Shown here: positions 17,611 to 26,234 of the stretch, in pieces
How the letters are laid out: every line of letters starts with the position of its first letter
Position numbering within the stretch: position 1 is the stretch's first letter
Source: Myxococcota bacterium
GTDB lineage: Bacteria > Myxococcota_A > Bradymonadia > UBA7976 > UBA1532
NCBI GenBank assembly: GCA_036337435.1
Contig: JAYZEG010000016.1
Span: 1-27,383 of the forward strand
Direction: 5' to 3'
Length of the DNA: 27,383 nt
Position numbers and translations under genes: made by a program
The notes under the pieces: model-generated
Seen by the model: the letters and a program-made list of their open reading frames with translations, nothing else
What the model was told of the DNA's origin: nothing
Databases searched by the model: none

Positions 17611-19077
17611 TTACCGAACACCCTTTACGATTAAACGGCGTAAGCCTGGAGGGGCAACCACGACCGCCGTAACCCGGTTTGTAACCGGGTCGTATGCATA
17701 CGACAGGTCCACAATGAGATCGTCATCCGACTCCAGAGAACAGTCAGGACCGTGCCAGCCGGGCTCAAACTCAAAAAGCTCAACCGCACCTTGTCGAGAA
17801 TGCCACTGGAATATCGTGCGTTCGCGGGTAATCTCCGACGACAGTGCGTAACCAGTAAATGCACGCACAATCGGCCGAGCCAAATACGAGCTAAACAGCG
17901 CATTATAACTCCAATCCGCATTGCGGAGGCCGAACATTCCCGATGAGCCGTCATGCCAAATTGACCCAAAAACCCCTTTCTCATCCAGAAGAGCAAGCTG
18001 CCGTTCAAGCTGGTCGACCCGAGTTGCTGCAACGCCCCAAAGCCAGAGTGGCAACCCGAACTCCTTTGCTTCAACTAGCAGCTCAAGCAATCGGTTATCG
18101 GTCAATCCATCTTGTTGCCCGTCCGCGTCTGGCAACACGCTGGGCATGTATACGGTATCGGGCCATACGTTTTCCCAATAGCGAGCCGGTTCGTTCGGGC
18201 CGTCCACTAACTGAACAAGCCTTAGGACAGGGCCATAGCGGTCTTCAACGAGTTCAAAAATTTCCTCAAATCTGGACCTTACCGCAATCATACTCGCTGC
18301 TCCGCCGCCCACTTTGGGGTTCACCAACGGCAGCACCCCCGCAATGGCTATTTCGTTTCCGCATGTGTCAACCAAGCGTCGCCAAGATTCCGTAAGGTGC
18401 TGGGAATGGCCCTCCCAGAACAAGTCCGCGCGAACGTCTGAATCATCGGACAATGCGTCGACCCATGCCGGCGCCCCATCGTCGCTGCGACCACTGGATA
18501 TGTCCGCATAAACGCCGATCAACAAATCAAGCCCGACCTGGTAAGCCGCCGCAGCTTGCGCGCAGATTCGACCCATGAACGCCGCATCGAAGGCACCTTC
18601 AATCGGCAGAAGCCCCTTCAGGGGGATAAGCAGCCAAACGTAGTCTATCCCTTGCTGTCGAAGCGCCTGAAAGTCAGCCTCAGAGTGAGGCGATGTCGAA
18701 AGCGGAGTTGTTAAACTGTCAGCCGACACGATGACACCGCGAAGCAAGCCGGCCGGATTCCCGTTGCGAACAATGCGACAATTTGAAACACCTAGACGAC
18801 CTTCACCCGTCCGCGACTCTCTCCCATCAGCGCATTGTTCATCCCATAAGCCGAAATCTAGCCCTTCACCGGCATCGACGGGAAAGAACTGGTCGGGGGG
18901 CCGATTCGATGAACCATCGAGCCCCACCGGAGTGACCACATCAAGACCGAACCCCAAATCACCTTCTGTCAGAGGAATAATGTTTGCCCGATTTACTTCA
19001 AGCCCATCGCACCCCAACAGCCCGAGAGCGACGACGGCGGCACGAAACACGCCCCATGATGAATTAATTCTGTTCAT
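17611..19077 (-). CDS. Lipoprotein, GH5 endoglycoceramidase-like fold, catalytic glutamates absent
   Basis: Lipobox LLGC; LLRGV.VS, EADF..L...G, P.EG.FD.AF..RI, DGAPAW and FW; C-terminal LARPIVRAFTG resembles the EGCase RPYPRAVAG entry to the beta-sandwich. Confidence 0.7.
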   Translation of the reverse strand: MNRINSSWGVFRAAVVALGLLGCDGLEVNRANIIPLTEGDLGFGLDVVTPVGLDGSSNRPPDQFFPVDAGEGLDFGLWDEQCADGRESRTGEGRLGVSNCRIVRNGNPAGLLRGVIVSADSLTTPLSTSPHSEADFQALRQQGIDYVWLLIPLKGLLPIEGAFDAAFMGRICAQAAAAYQVGLDLLIGVYADISSGRSDDGAPAWVDALSDDSDVRADLFWEGHSQHLTESWRRLVDTCGNEIAIAGVLPLVNPKVGGGAASMIAVRSRFEEIFELVEDRYGPVLRLVQLVDGPNEPARYWENVWPDTVYMPSVLPDADGQQDGLTDNRLLELLVEAKEFGLPLWLWGVAATRVDQLERQLALLDEKGVFGSIWHDGSSGMFGLRNADWSYNALFSSYLARPIVRAFTGYALSSEITRERTIFQWHSRQGAVELFEFEPGWHGPDCSLESDDDLIVDLSYAYDPVTNRVTAVVVAPPGLRRLIVKGVR

Positions 19078-19124
19078 AGACCGTTTATCGCTGGTCTGCC
19101 CACTCTAAACAAGCCCTAGCCCTT

Positions 19125-19143
19125 GCTCATGATTATCAATCTA
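19125..19143. promoter_or_regulatory. Fur-box-like sequence in divergent promoter
   Basis: Minus strand TAGATTGATAATCATGAGC matches 14/19 of GATAATGATAATCATTATC. Confidence 0.3.
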
Positions 19144-19184
19144 TGTTTCAAAGAGTCTGCGCCACGCAACGAATAGAGGGTCAT

Positions 19185-21473
19185 ATGAAAGCAGCCTATC
19201 TCGCAGCCGCAATTTTGGCATTTACATGCATTGGGTGCTCGACTGATTCCAGTTCCGACAATACAAACGATGCCGGTACTGGAAGCGACGCCCACCGTCT
19301 TCAAGATGGTGATCTGATCGTCGGCGAACGTCCGATGGCGACTTTCGAGCTGAGTGCCACCTATCAAGAGACCGAATTTGGCCTCGTTCCCTTCCCAAAC
19401 AATGTTTATCTCAACGAACAGGGATTTGTGTCCGTAGATGGCTTCCCTCACCAGACCGGCGGGTCGATGCTGAGCACGTTGATAGGCAACTTGCGCAATT
19501 ACACGCGGGGTTTTGGAACAGCCGCCACCATGTACCTCCCGATGGATGGCCCACTCATCGAGGCGACCCTTCCGGCAACCGCGGCGGCGAGCATGGAGGC
19601 GAACAGTGCACTTCAACTCGTCGACATTGACCCTAGCTCACCCGAATACGGGCGCCGGTTCCCGGTCAATTGGCGCGTTCAGGAGACGGCCAGCCTATAC
19701 CTAGCGCCCCATGCACTCAAAGTGAGACTCACAGAGGGCCTCACCCTTCGCGGCTCGACAACTTACGCGCTCGTCCTCACTGATGCCGCGGCGATTCCAA
19801 ATGATACATTCTCGGTGCTGACGGCACCCGAACCGCCAAATGGGACGCTCGCTGGCGCCTGGTCGATCTACCAGCCGCTCAGAGACTGGGCATCAGAAAA
19901 TGACATTAAGGCGGCGACGGCAGCCGTGTTTACAACACAGGATCCAGTGGGCGAAATGTTCCACCTTCGAGATTTTCTCCATGAGCAACCGGTCCCACAA
20001 ATTCGAGAGCTGGAGAGCCTTGGGACCAGACTGGGTTTATTCGAGCTTTTCGTCGGGAAATATACCGCCCCTCGGATGCAATCTGGTGAGCTGCCGTTCC
20101 TGGCACCAGATTCCGGCGGAATCCAATTCGACGCAAATGGCGTACCCGTGATTGGAGGCGAAGAAGAAATTCGGTTTGCGATTACGGTGCCCTTGGAGGG
20201 AGAAATGCCTGAAGGCGGTTGGCCCGTTGTGCTCTATGGCCACGGCACCGGCGGCGATTATCAAAGCTTCGTTGGGGCCAAGGTGGCTGTTACGCTCGCA
20301 CGGGCAGGCATCGCGGTTGTCAGTATAGACCAGCTACACCATGGCTACCGAGACCGGCGCGATGACGGTTGCCACACCAGCCCCGATCCCGACGGATGCG
20401 TATCTTTACTCTTTTTCAATTTTCTAATTCCAACAGCTGGCCGCGATAACGTACGCCAATCAGCGCTCGACTACGTAACTTTGCTTCGCCTGGTGCGAGA
20501 CTTTAATCGACAGCTCGCTGAGGGTGAGGCTGACATCCGAACGACCCGAGCAAGAAACCCAGAACGTCCAGCAAGACCGCAAGATGCAGGGGTGGCCATG
20601 GATGCTGGCCAGATGCAGGACGGTGACATAGGCGACGCTTCACCCCCCGAAATGGACACCGGCCTCGTGGCGGACCAAGGCCTGACCGGACATCTAGATG
20701 CAGGCGAGGCTGGCGACGCGGGCATTGCCGAGCTTTCGGACGCGAACGCGGACACGAGCCTAGACAATCAGGACTTAGGCATTGAGGACGCAGGTGCTCG
20801 ACCAGACATAGAAACAACACCAACCTTGGACTTGACTAACTTAAAGCTTGACGGAGACCGAGTCGTTTATATGGGGCACAGCCAAGGCGGGCTAAATGGC
20901 CCACTCTTTATGGCCGTTGAGCCAGATATAAAAGGCGGCGTACTCAGCGCTGCCGGGGGGCTGCTGGCCATCACTCTCGAGCAGAAGACAAAACCGACTG
21001 ATATCAATGAATTGGTGTCGGCCTTTGTCCCCATAGCTGAGGCGGGCGTGCTCGATAGATGGCACCCTGTACTCGGCTTATTACAACTATTTATCGAACC
21101 GGGCGACCCAGTTAATTACGCCCCATTCTGGTTCCATGAGCCCCTTGAGGGCACCCCCCCAAGGCATATTTTCATGACAGCTGGACTGGACGACGAGTAC
21201 ACGACACCGGACTCTATGTTTGCCCTCGCCGCGGCTGGCCGAGTGCCGATCATCGAGCCCGTCCAGGCACCCATTGAGCTCTTTGAGCTCTACGACATTG
21301 AACCAGCTGGCATCCCGCCATATTCAGGAAATGTTGCTAACGGTAGGGCGAGCGCGGGTCTCGTACAGTTGAGAAACGCAGGGCATTTCGTTATCCAGCG
21401 GAATGTCACGTTACGAAACCGTTACCGACGTTTTGTAGAGAGCATTTTTCTCGGTAATCCATCGATTTTCTGA
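19185..21473 (+). CDS. Lipoprotein alpha/beta hydrolase (lipase/esterase-like) with N-terminal Ig-like region
   Basis: ATG 19185 with GAGGG RBS; lipobox CIGC; PFPNN; WPVVLYGHGTGG; GRDNVRQSALD; nucleophile GHSQGG; candidate Asp in GLDDEYT and His in AGHFVI. Confidence 0.85.
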   Translation: MKAAYLAAAILAFTCIGCSTDSSSDNTNDAGTGSDAHRLQDGDLIVGERPMATFELSATYQETEFGLVPFPNNVYLNEQGFVSVDGFPHQTGGSMLSTLIGNLRNYTRGFGTAATMYLPMDGPLIEATLPATAAASMEANSALQLVDIDPSSPEYGRRFPVNWRVQETASLYLAPHALKVRLTEGLTLRGSTTYALVLTDAAAIPNDTFSVLTAPEPPNGTLAGAWSIYQPLRDWASENDIKAATAAVFTTQDPVGEMFHLRDFLHEQPVPQIRELESLGTRLGLFELFVGKYTAPRMQSGELPFLAPDSGGIQFDANGVPVIGGEEEIRFAITVPLEGEMPEGGWPVVLYGHGTGGDYQSFVGAKVAVTLARAGIAVVSIDQLHHGYRDRRDDGCHTSPDPDGCVSLLFFNFLIPTAGRDNVRQSALDYVTLLRLVRDFNRQLAEGEADIRTTRARNPERPARPQDAGVAMDAGQMQDGDIGDASPPEMDTGLVADQGLTGHLDAGEAGDAGIAELSDANADTSLDNQDLGIEDAGARPDIETTPTLDLTNLKLDGDRVVYMGHSQGGLNGPLFMAVEPDIKGGVLSAAGGLLAITLEQKTKPTDINELVSAFVPIAEAGVLDRWHPVLGLLQLFIEPGDPVNYAPFWFHEPLEGTPPRHIFMTAGLDDEYTTPDSMFALAAAGRVPIIEPVQAPIELFELYDIEPAGIPPYSGNVANGRASAGLVQLRNAGHFVIQRNVTLRNRYRRFVESIFLGNPSIF

Positions 21474-21554
21474 TTCGGCCGGCACGCCCGCGTAATCTCC
21501 TTGCAGCAGCCCGGCTAAAGGTTTATCCAAACGGCAGTAAGACGGAGGACGACT

Positions 21555-22214
21555 ATGGGACCTATTGCTTACATGCTTATCGGCATGGGTATCGCCGCGG
21601 CGATTGGGCTATACCTAAGCAACAAAGCCAAGCAAAAAAAACAGCGCGATGCCGCGCGACAGGCGGCCGTGTCTGGTGCGAATATAAAGAACGACATCAC
21701 GCGCGTTGGTTCAGGAGGCGTGCTCGCCATCCCTCATTTCACACCTGGCGAAACTGGGACATTCGAAACCTATGTAAAATCAAGAAACCGCTACACCCAA
21801 GAGGGTCGAGGTCAATGGTTCGAGCTCATCTGCGAATGCAAAGGCAGGAATGTTCTCGTCGAATGGCAAAAAGAGGGCAACAGCCTATATGTGACCGCTG
21901 GCTACGAGGATGAAAACCCGTCCATCGACCGTCTGAATCTGACCGAAGCGGATCTCATTCAATTTGATGAGGGTCAACGCCAAAGCTTTTCTTGGTCCGG
22001 ACACACATGGACCTATGAGCATTCGTGCGAGCGCACATACTATGAGAACGACGGTAATTCTGGTGAAGGATTCTATGCTTGGGAATTCAGTCTTCCAGAC
22101 GAGACCCAATACATCACCATAGAAAAATACGAAGGTGATGATGGCTTCGAAGTTTATCACCAGCACCGAATCGATGCCAACAAGATCAATGTTTACGACG
22201 CGGGGTCAGCATGA
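21555..22214 (+). CDS. DUF4178-like protein with N-terminal TM anchor
   Basis: GGAGGA RBS; N-terminal hydrophobic helix then basic residues; aromatic/acidic beta pattern (WFEL, FYAWEF, ITIEKYEG..FEV); typical position upstream of DUF350/speE. Confidence 0.7.
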   Translation: MGPIAYMLIGMGIAAAIGLYLSNKAKQKKQRDAARQAAVSGANIKNDITRVGSGGVLAIPHFTPGETGTFETYVKSRNRYTQEGRGQWFELICECKGRNVLVEWQKEGNSLYVTAGYEDENPSIDRLNLTEADLIQFDEGQRQSFSWSGHTWTYEHSCERTYYENDGNSGEGFYAWEFSLPDETQYITIEKYEGDDGFEVYHQHRIDANKINVYDAGSA

Positions 22215-23569
22215 GTAAAGCGGCTTGGGCTGGTCTTCTCCTGCTGGGAGCAGGCCTCGGGTTAACCACATTCTTTATCACCGCCGGCATCCCGAACGAT
22301 GTCAAAGCCTCGGTCGACGTATTGGTCCTCGAGGTCGACTCAGCAAAGGTATTTCAGCGGAAGGCCGTTGAAGAATTTGAGTCCATTGTTTCCAGCGAAA
22401 CAGAATTTCTTGCCCCTCTGCCCGAAATCAAAGAGCTGAGCTTACGAGCGGGCGAGATCACGAAAAAGATCGCCGCCTTTGATACCGGTGCCGTGCAAAC
22501 CGCAAAAATGCTTGTTGAGGAAAATAACCGACGCAAACGCTTTGAACTCAGTGAAATTGTCGATCGCGCGAGAAACGAGCTTGTGCGGATAACTCAGGCG
22601 CGAGAGATGGACAAGGTGATTTACCAGGCCAACCGACTCAAGAGCTATAAAACAGAACACAAGAAACTGCTCGCTGAGGCAACTGCCGCTCTCGCAATGG
22701 TTCCCACAGCGACAGGCCTAAACGTTCAATTGGAGACGCAGGCGTCGAAGCTTAAAGCTGACTATCCCGCAGCGGCTGGAAAAATTGATGCTAAACTGAG
22801 TGCCCTAAAGAGCCTGAAAGAAAAAATAGACCAGGGTAGACCAAAGCTCGAGGAACTCGCATCAAAACGGCCTGTCGACTATCTAGCGACCGGTCGTCTC
22901 GTCGATCTATTGACGAGCCAGGCTAAAGAGTACCAAGCAAGACAAAGGCAGGTTCAGGGCGACCTCCAAACACTTGCCATCAGCGAGGACCGTGTGCTGG
23001 TCGACATGAAAGCTGAAGGGGGAAACTATTTCCATAAGTATAAAATCATCAGAGGCACCCAATCCGAGACCACCTCCTGGCAAAAGGTCACGGCGAGCTT
23101 TTATCGCAGCCATGAAGATAATCTGGGGATGACCCTATCCTCCAAGCCTGAGGGCGTGTTTGCAGAAGACGCGACAAAAGTCGCAGCTCCACCCGGATAT
23201 AACTACGTTGGAAACACGCGATATGGTCAATGGCAATATCGGGGAAGTACATCGTACTGGGTGTTTTACGGACAATATCGCTTCATGCAAGACCTGTTTT
23301 GGGGCCCCAGTTACTACTCTTTTGTTAGCCGAGGGGATTATAATGGTTATCGGTCGAGCCTTCGGCGCGGTCGGCCCTATTACGGCGCGTCGAGACAGTA
23401 TGGTAGCCGCGGAACGACCACTAAAAAACGATATAGCTCAAGTAGCTACGTGCGTAAGGTGAGCCGAGGTAAATATCGAGGCTCTCGATACAATGGCTCG
23501 AGTGGACGAAGTGGCGGGTACCGCGGCAGTCGCTACCGCGGCTCCTCCTTTGGCGGCTCGGGGAAGTAA
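22211..23569 (+). CDS. Membrane-anchored coiled-coil protein with PPGYxYVGNxRYGxW domain and Arg/Gly/Ser/Tyr-rich tail
   Basis: ATGA overlap with the upstream gene; N-terminal TM; about 220 aa helical region; APPGYNYVGNTRYGQW...WVFYGQY; tail ending RGSSFGGSGK. Confidence 0.8.
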   Translation: MSKAAWAGLLLLGAGLGLTTFFITAGIPNDVKASVDVLVLEVDSAKVFQRKAVEEFESIVSSETEFLAPLPEIKELSLRAGEITKKIAAFDTGAVQTAKMLVEENNRRKRFELSEIVDRARNELVRITQAREMDKVIYQANRLKSYKTEHKKLLAEATAALAMVPTATGLNVQLETQASKLKADYPAAAGKIDAKLSALKSLKEKIDQGRPKLEELASKRPVDYLATGRLVDLLTSQAKEYQARQRQVQGDLQTLAISEDRVLVDMKAEGGNYFHKYKIIRGTQSETTSWQKVTASFYRSHEDNLGMTLSSKPEGVFAEDATKVAAPPGYNYVGNTRYGQWQYRGSTSYWVFYGQYRFMQDLFWGPSYYSFVSRGDYNGYRSSLRRGRPYYGASRQYGSRGTTTKKRYSSSSYVRKVSRGKYRGSRYNGSSGRSGGYRGSRYRGSSFGGSGK

Positions 23570-23570
23570 G

Positions 23571-24521
23571 ATGACAACGACTCAAATTTTATATTTAGCT
23601 GGAAGCCTTCTTGTGAGTACGGGTGTTGTCCTATTGGCTCGAGTCCTTTACGCGAAGCTGTCTGCCTATGATGTTGATGATCAGCTGACAGAAGCCGACA
23701 ACCCAGCTATCGGTGTTGCGCTTTTTGGTTTTATTGCAGGGGTGACAGCAGTGATGCTTGCACTCCTGCACACGGATTCCCACGGCGACGGAGGCGCCGA
23801 AGCGTTACGCTGGGATCTTATTGAGCTCACCGTATACGGACTGCTCTCCATCTTCCTGCTTAAAGCTGCTGGCTGGATAAATAACCGTTTTATTACCCAA
23901 GGCTTTGAAAACCAAAAAGAACTTGTCCAGGACCGCAACGTAGGGGTCGGCGCGCTTCTTGGCGGCAGCTATCTTGCCTCCGGGCTCATCCTCGCCGGTG
24001 CGCTTAGCGGACGCGCGGATCCCGAGCTCATCGACGGCTTCGGTCCGGCTCAAATCTTTTGGTTCGAACTGCAGAGCGCATTGGTGTTTTTCTTGCTCGG
24101 CCAGGTTGCCCTCATCGTTTTCGCTCGAGTGTACGGGGCAGTCCAGAAAGAAGACGTCCTTCATGAGATTGAGCGCGACTACGAAATCGATGGACGTTTT
24201 TACGGCGGCAATGCGGCCGCCGGTATGGCATTCGGGGGCAGTCTTGTTGCCTTTAGCCTCGTTCTTTTTGCAGGTGCCCATGGGGATTTTGAAGGATGGG
24301 GCCACAATATCGCTGTCTTTGGATATGCGGCACTCGTCGGGCTGCTTGTTCTGCCCATTTGGCGTCTATTCGTGGACAAGGTTATGCTTCCGAAGGCCGA
24401 CTTAGCCAAGGAAATTTACGAAGACCGAAACGTCAACGCCGCCCTTTTAGAGAGCGTCTGCTTAATCGCGCTTGCGTTGGTCATTCTGTTCGTTTTCCCC
24501 GATCTGTCAAGCCCAGCCTAG
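23571..24521 (+). CDS. Tandem DUF350 (YjfL-like) integral membrane protein
   Basis: About 8 TM helices. Four repeats of the DUF350 signature: QLTEADNPAIGV, KELVQDRNVGVG, HEIE...GNAAAG and KEIYEDRNVNAA. ATG 23571 lies 1 bp after the upstream stop. Confidence 0.85.
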   Translation: MTTTQILYLAGSLLVSTGVVLLARVLYAKLSAYDVDDQLTEADNPAIGVALFGFIAGVTAVMLALLHTDSHGDGGAEALRWDLIELTVYGLLSIFLLKAAGWINNRFITQGFENQKELVQDRNVGVGALLGGSYLASGLILAGALSGRADPELIDGFGPAQIFWFELQSALVFFLLGQVALIVFARVYGAVQKEDVLHEIERDYEIDGRFYGGNAAAGMAFGGSLVAFSLVLFAGAHGDFEGWGHNIAVFGYAALVGLLVLPIWRLFVDKVMLPKADLAKEIYEDRNVNAALLESVCLIALALVILFVFPDLSSPA

Positions 24522-24536
24522 GTCGTTCATTTAAAA

Positions 24537-26234
24537 ATGAAGCCCAACGATACGCCACTGACCCCACTCGAGGGAACACGCATCAGACGCTATGGCCTTG
24601 GCTTGGTCGTCATGTTTCTTGGTGGAAGCGGACTTGTATACGAATACTGCATTTCTACCTTAGCAACTCATCTCCTGGGCAACTCCGTCGAACAGTTCAG
24701 TGTGATCATTGCGATAATGCTTTTTGCCATGGGGCTCGCCGGATTAGCACAGCGGAATCTTACAAACGACGCGGCTCTGCCTGGCATCTTCGTTGTGGTT
24801 GAACTGCTTTTGGCTTTAGTCGGCGGCACGTCGGCCGTGGTGCTTTATCTTGGTTTCGCGTGGCTGGACCACTTTCATCTGCTCCTGTATTTTCTAGCCT
24901 TTTTCATTGGCTTTGGCATCGGGCTCGAAATCCCACTGCTATTGCGAATCAACGAACGCTGGCGAACACAGTTATCAGACAATGTCGGAGAAATCCTGTC
25001 ACTTGACTATGTAGGAGCCCTCATTGGCGCCCTCGTCTGGGCTTTCGTCATGCTCCCCGTCATGCCCTTAGACCAGATCAGCCTCGTGCTCGGCCTTGCC
25101 AATCTTGGAGCGGCTTTGTTGACCTGGTATTTGCTCAAACCGGCGATTCAAAGCCATCTGAAATTACTGTTTCTATTCATCGCAGTGACAGTCGTCTTGG
25201 TAACAGTCTCGCTCAATGCGCCCAGCTGGAAAGATAGCGCGCGTCAGCGTTTGTTTGCCTACCCAATTCAACATTCGCAACACAGCCCTTATCAAAGTCT
25301 GGTTGTCACTGGTACGGGCGCAAGGATGAGCTTTTATCTAAACGGTCGGCTACAATTCGACAGCGAAGATGAATTCATCTATCACGAGATGCTCGTCCAT
25401 CCCGCCATGAGTGCTGCCGACCGCGTCAAAAGAGTCCTCGTACTTGGCGGCGGTGATGGATTAGCGGTTCGCGAAATTCTAAGGTGGCCAAGCGTTGAAC
25501 ACGTGCTCTTAGTGGACTTAGATCCAGCGGTAACGCGGCTTGCGCAAACATACGAGCCCCTGCTTCGACTTAACCAAGCATCACTTTTGAACGACAAGGT
25601 CCATCGAAAACGAGCAGCAATGCGTAAAGGTTCGCTTCAGACGATCGTTAAAGAGGGAGAGAAACCCATGGACGCGCTTCATGGGCATCAGGAAAAGATT
25701 GCAGAGGTCTACGTACAAAATGCGGATGCTGACCTTTTCCTCAGAGATGCAACCGGCCAATGGGACGTCATTATTTGCGACTTCCCTGATCCATCTACAC
25801 CCGATTTGGCCAAGCTTTACAGTGCTGAATTCTACGCCGCCCTCAAAAGACATTTGGCACCAGGCGGCGTCGTCTCTGTCCAGTCAGGTAGCCCCTATAC
25901 GAGTCGACACAGTTTTTGGGCGATCAAGCAGACCCTCGCGTCGGTTGGTTTTAAAGTAACCCCCCTTCACGCCCATGTGCCGACCTTTGGTGAGTGGGGC
26001 TGGCATATTGGCAGCCTCGATGACGCACCGCGCTTCACTAAATCATATCCAACATCGTTGCGGTACGTCGATCCGCCGACAGTCTCGGCGAGCATGCACT
26101 TCCCGAACCCAATCGCTGAACCGGATGGACAGCCCCACATTTCCACAAGAATCGACCCGTGGATTATGCGACTCTACGAACGCGGAGAACCACTACCAGG
26201 GCCCCAGTACTTTCCCGGTTATGCGGAACGCTAA
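24537..26234 (+). CDS. speE: Membrane-bound polyamine aminopropyltransferase (spermidine synthase-like)
   Basis: N-terminal TM region (GLVYE, GNSVEQFS, GLEIPLL, DYVGAL) then HSPYQ, LNGRLQF, YHEMLVHP, VLVLGGGDGLAVREIL, VDLDP, DFPDP, KLYS.EFY and VPTFGEWG. Confidence 0.93.
   Translation: MKPNDTPLTPLEGTRIRRYGLGLVVMFLGGSGLVYEYCISTLATHLLGNSVEQFSVIIAIMLFAMGLAGLAQRNLTNDAALPGIFVVVELLLALVGGTSAVVLYLGFAWLDHFHLLLYFLAFFIGFGIGLEIPLLLRINERWRTQLSDNVGEILSLDYVGALIGALVWAFVMLPVMPLDQISLVLGLANLGAALLTWYLLKPAIQSHLKLLFLFIAVTVVLVTVSLNAPSWKDSARQRLFAYPIQHSQHSPYQSLVVTGTGARMSFYLNGRLQFDSEDEFIYHEMLVHPAMSAADRVKRVLVLGGGDGLAVREILRWPSVEHVLLVDLDPAVTRLAQTYEPLLRLNQASLLNDKVHRKRAAMRKGSLQTIVKEGEKPMDALHGHQEKIAEVYVQNADADLFLRDATGQWDVIICDFPDPSTPDLAKLYSAEFYAALKRHLAPGGVVSVQSGSPYTSRHSFWAIKQTLASVGFKVTPLHAHVPTFGEWGWHIGSLDDAPRFTKSYPTSLRYVDPPTVSASMHFPNPIAEPDGQPHISTRIDPWIMRLYERGEPLPGPQYFPGYAER

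Noticed and set aside
14260..19077. Calling the degenerate enzymes pseudogenes
   Set aside because: The ORFs are full length with no frameshift or stop, and the GH5 homologue keeps its lipobox.
19116..19616. 166-aa minus-strand ORF
   Set aside because: Antisense to the hydrolase lipoprotein; no protein-like features.
20530..20830. Intein or mobile insertion in the hydrolase
   Set aside because: No intein splice motifs, endonuclease motifs or terminal repeats; it is a low-complexity protein tract.
23493..23570. Extended N-terminus of the DUF350 protein
   Set aside because: Overlaps the upstream gene's tail; ATG 23571 fits a coupled operon.
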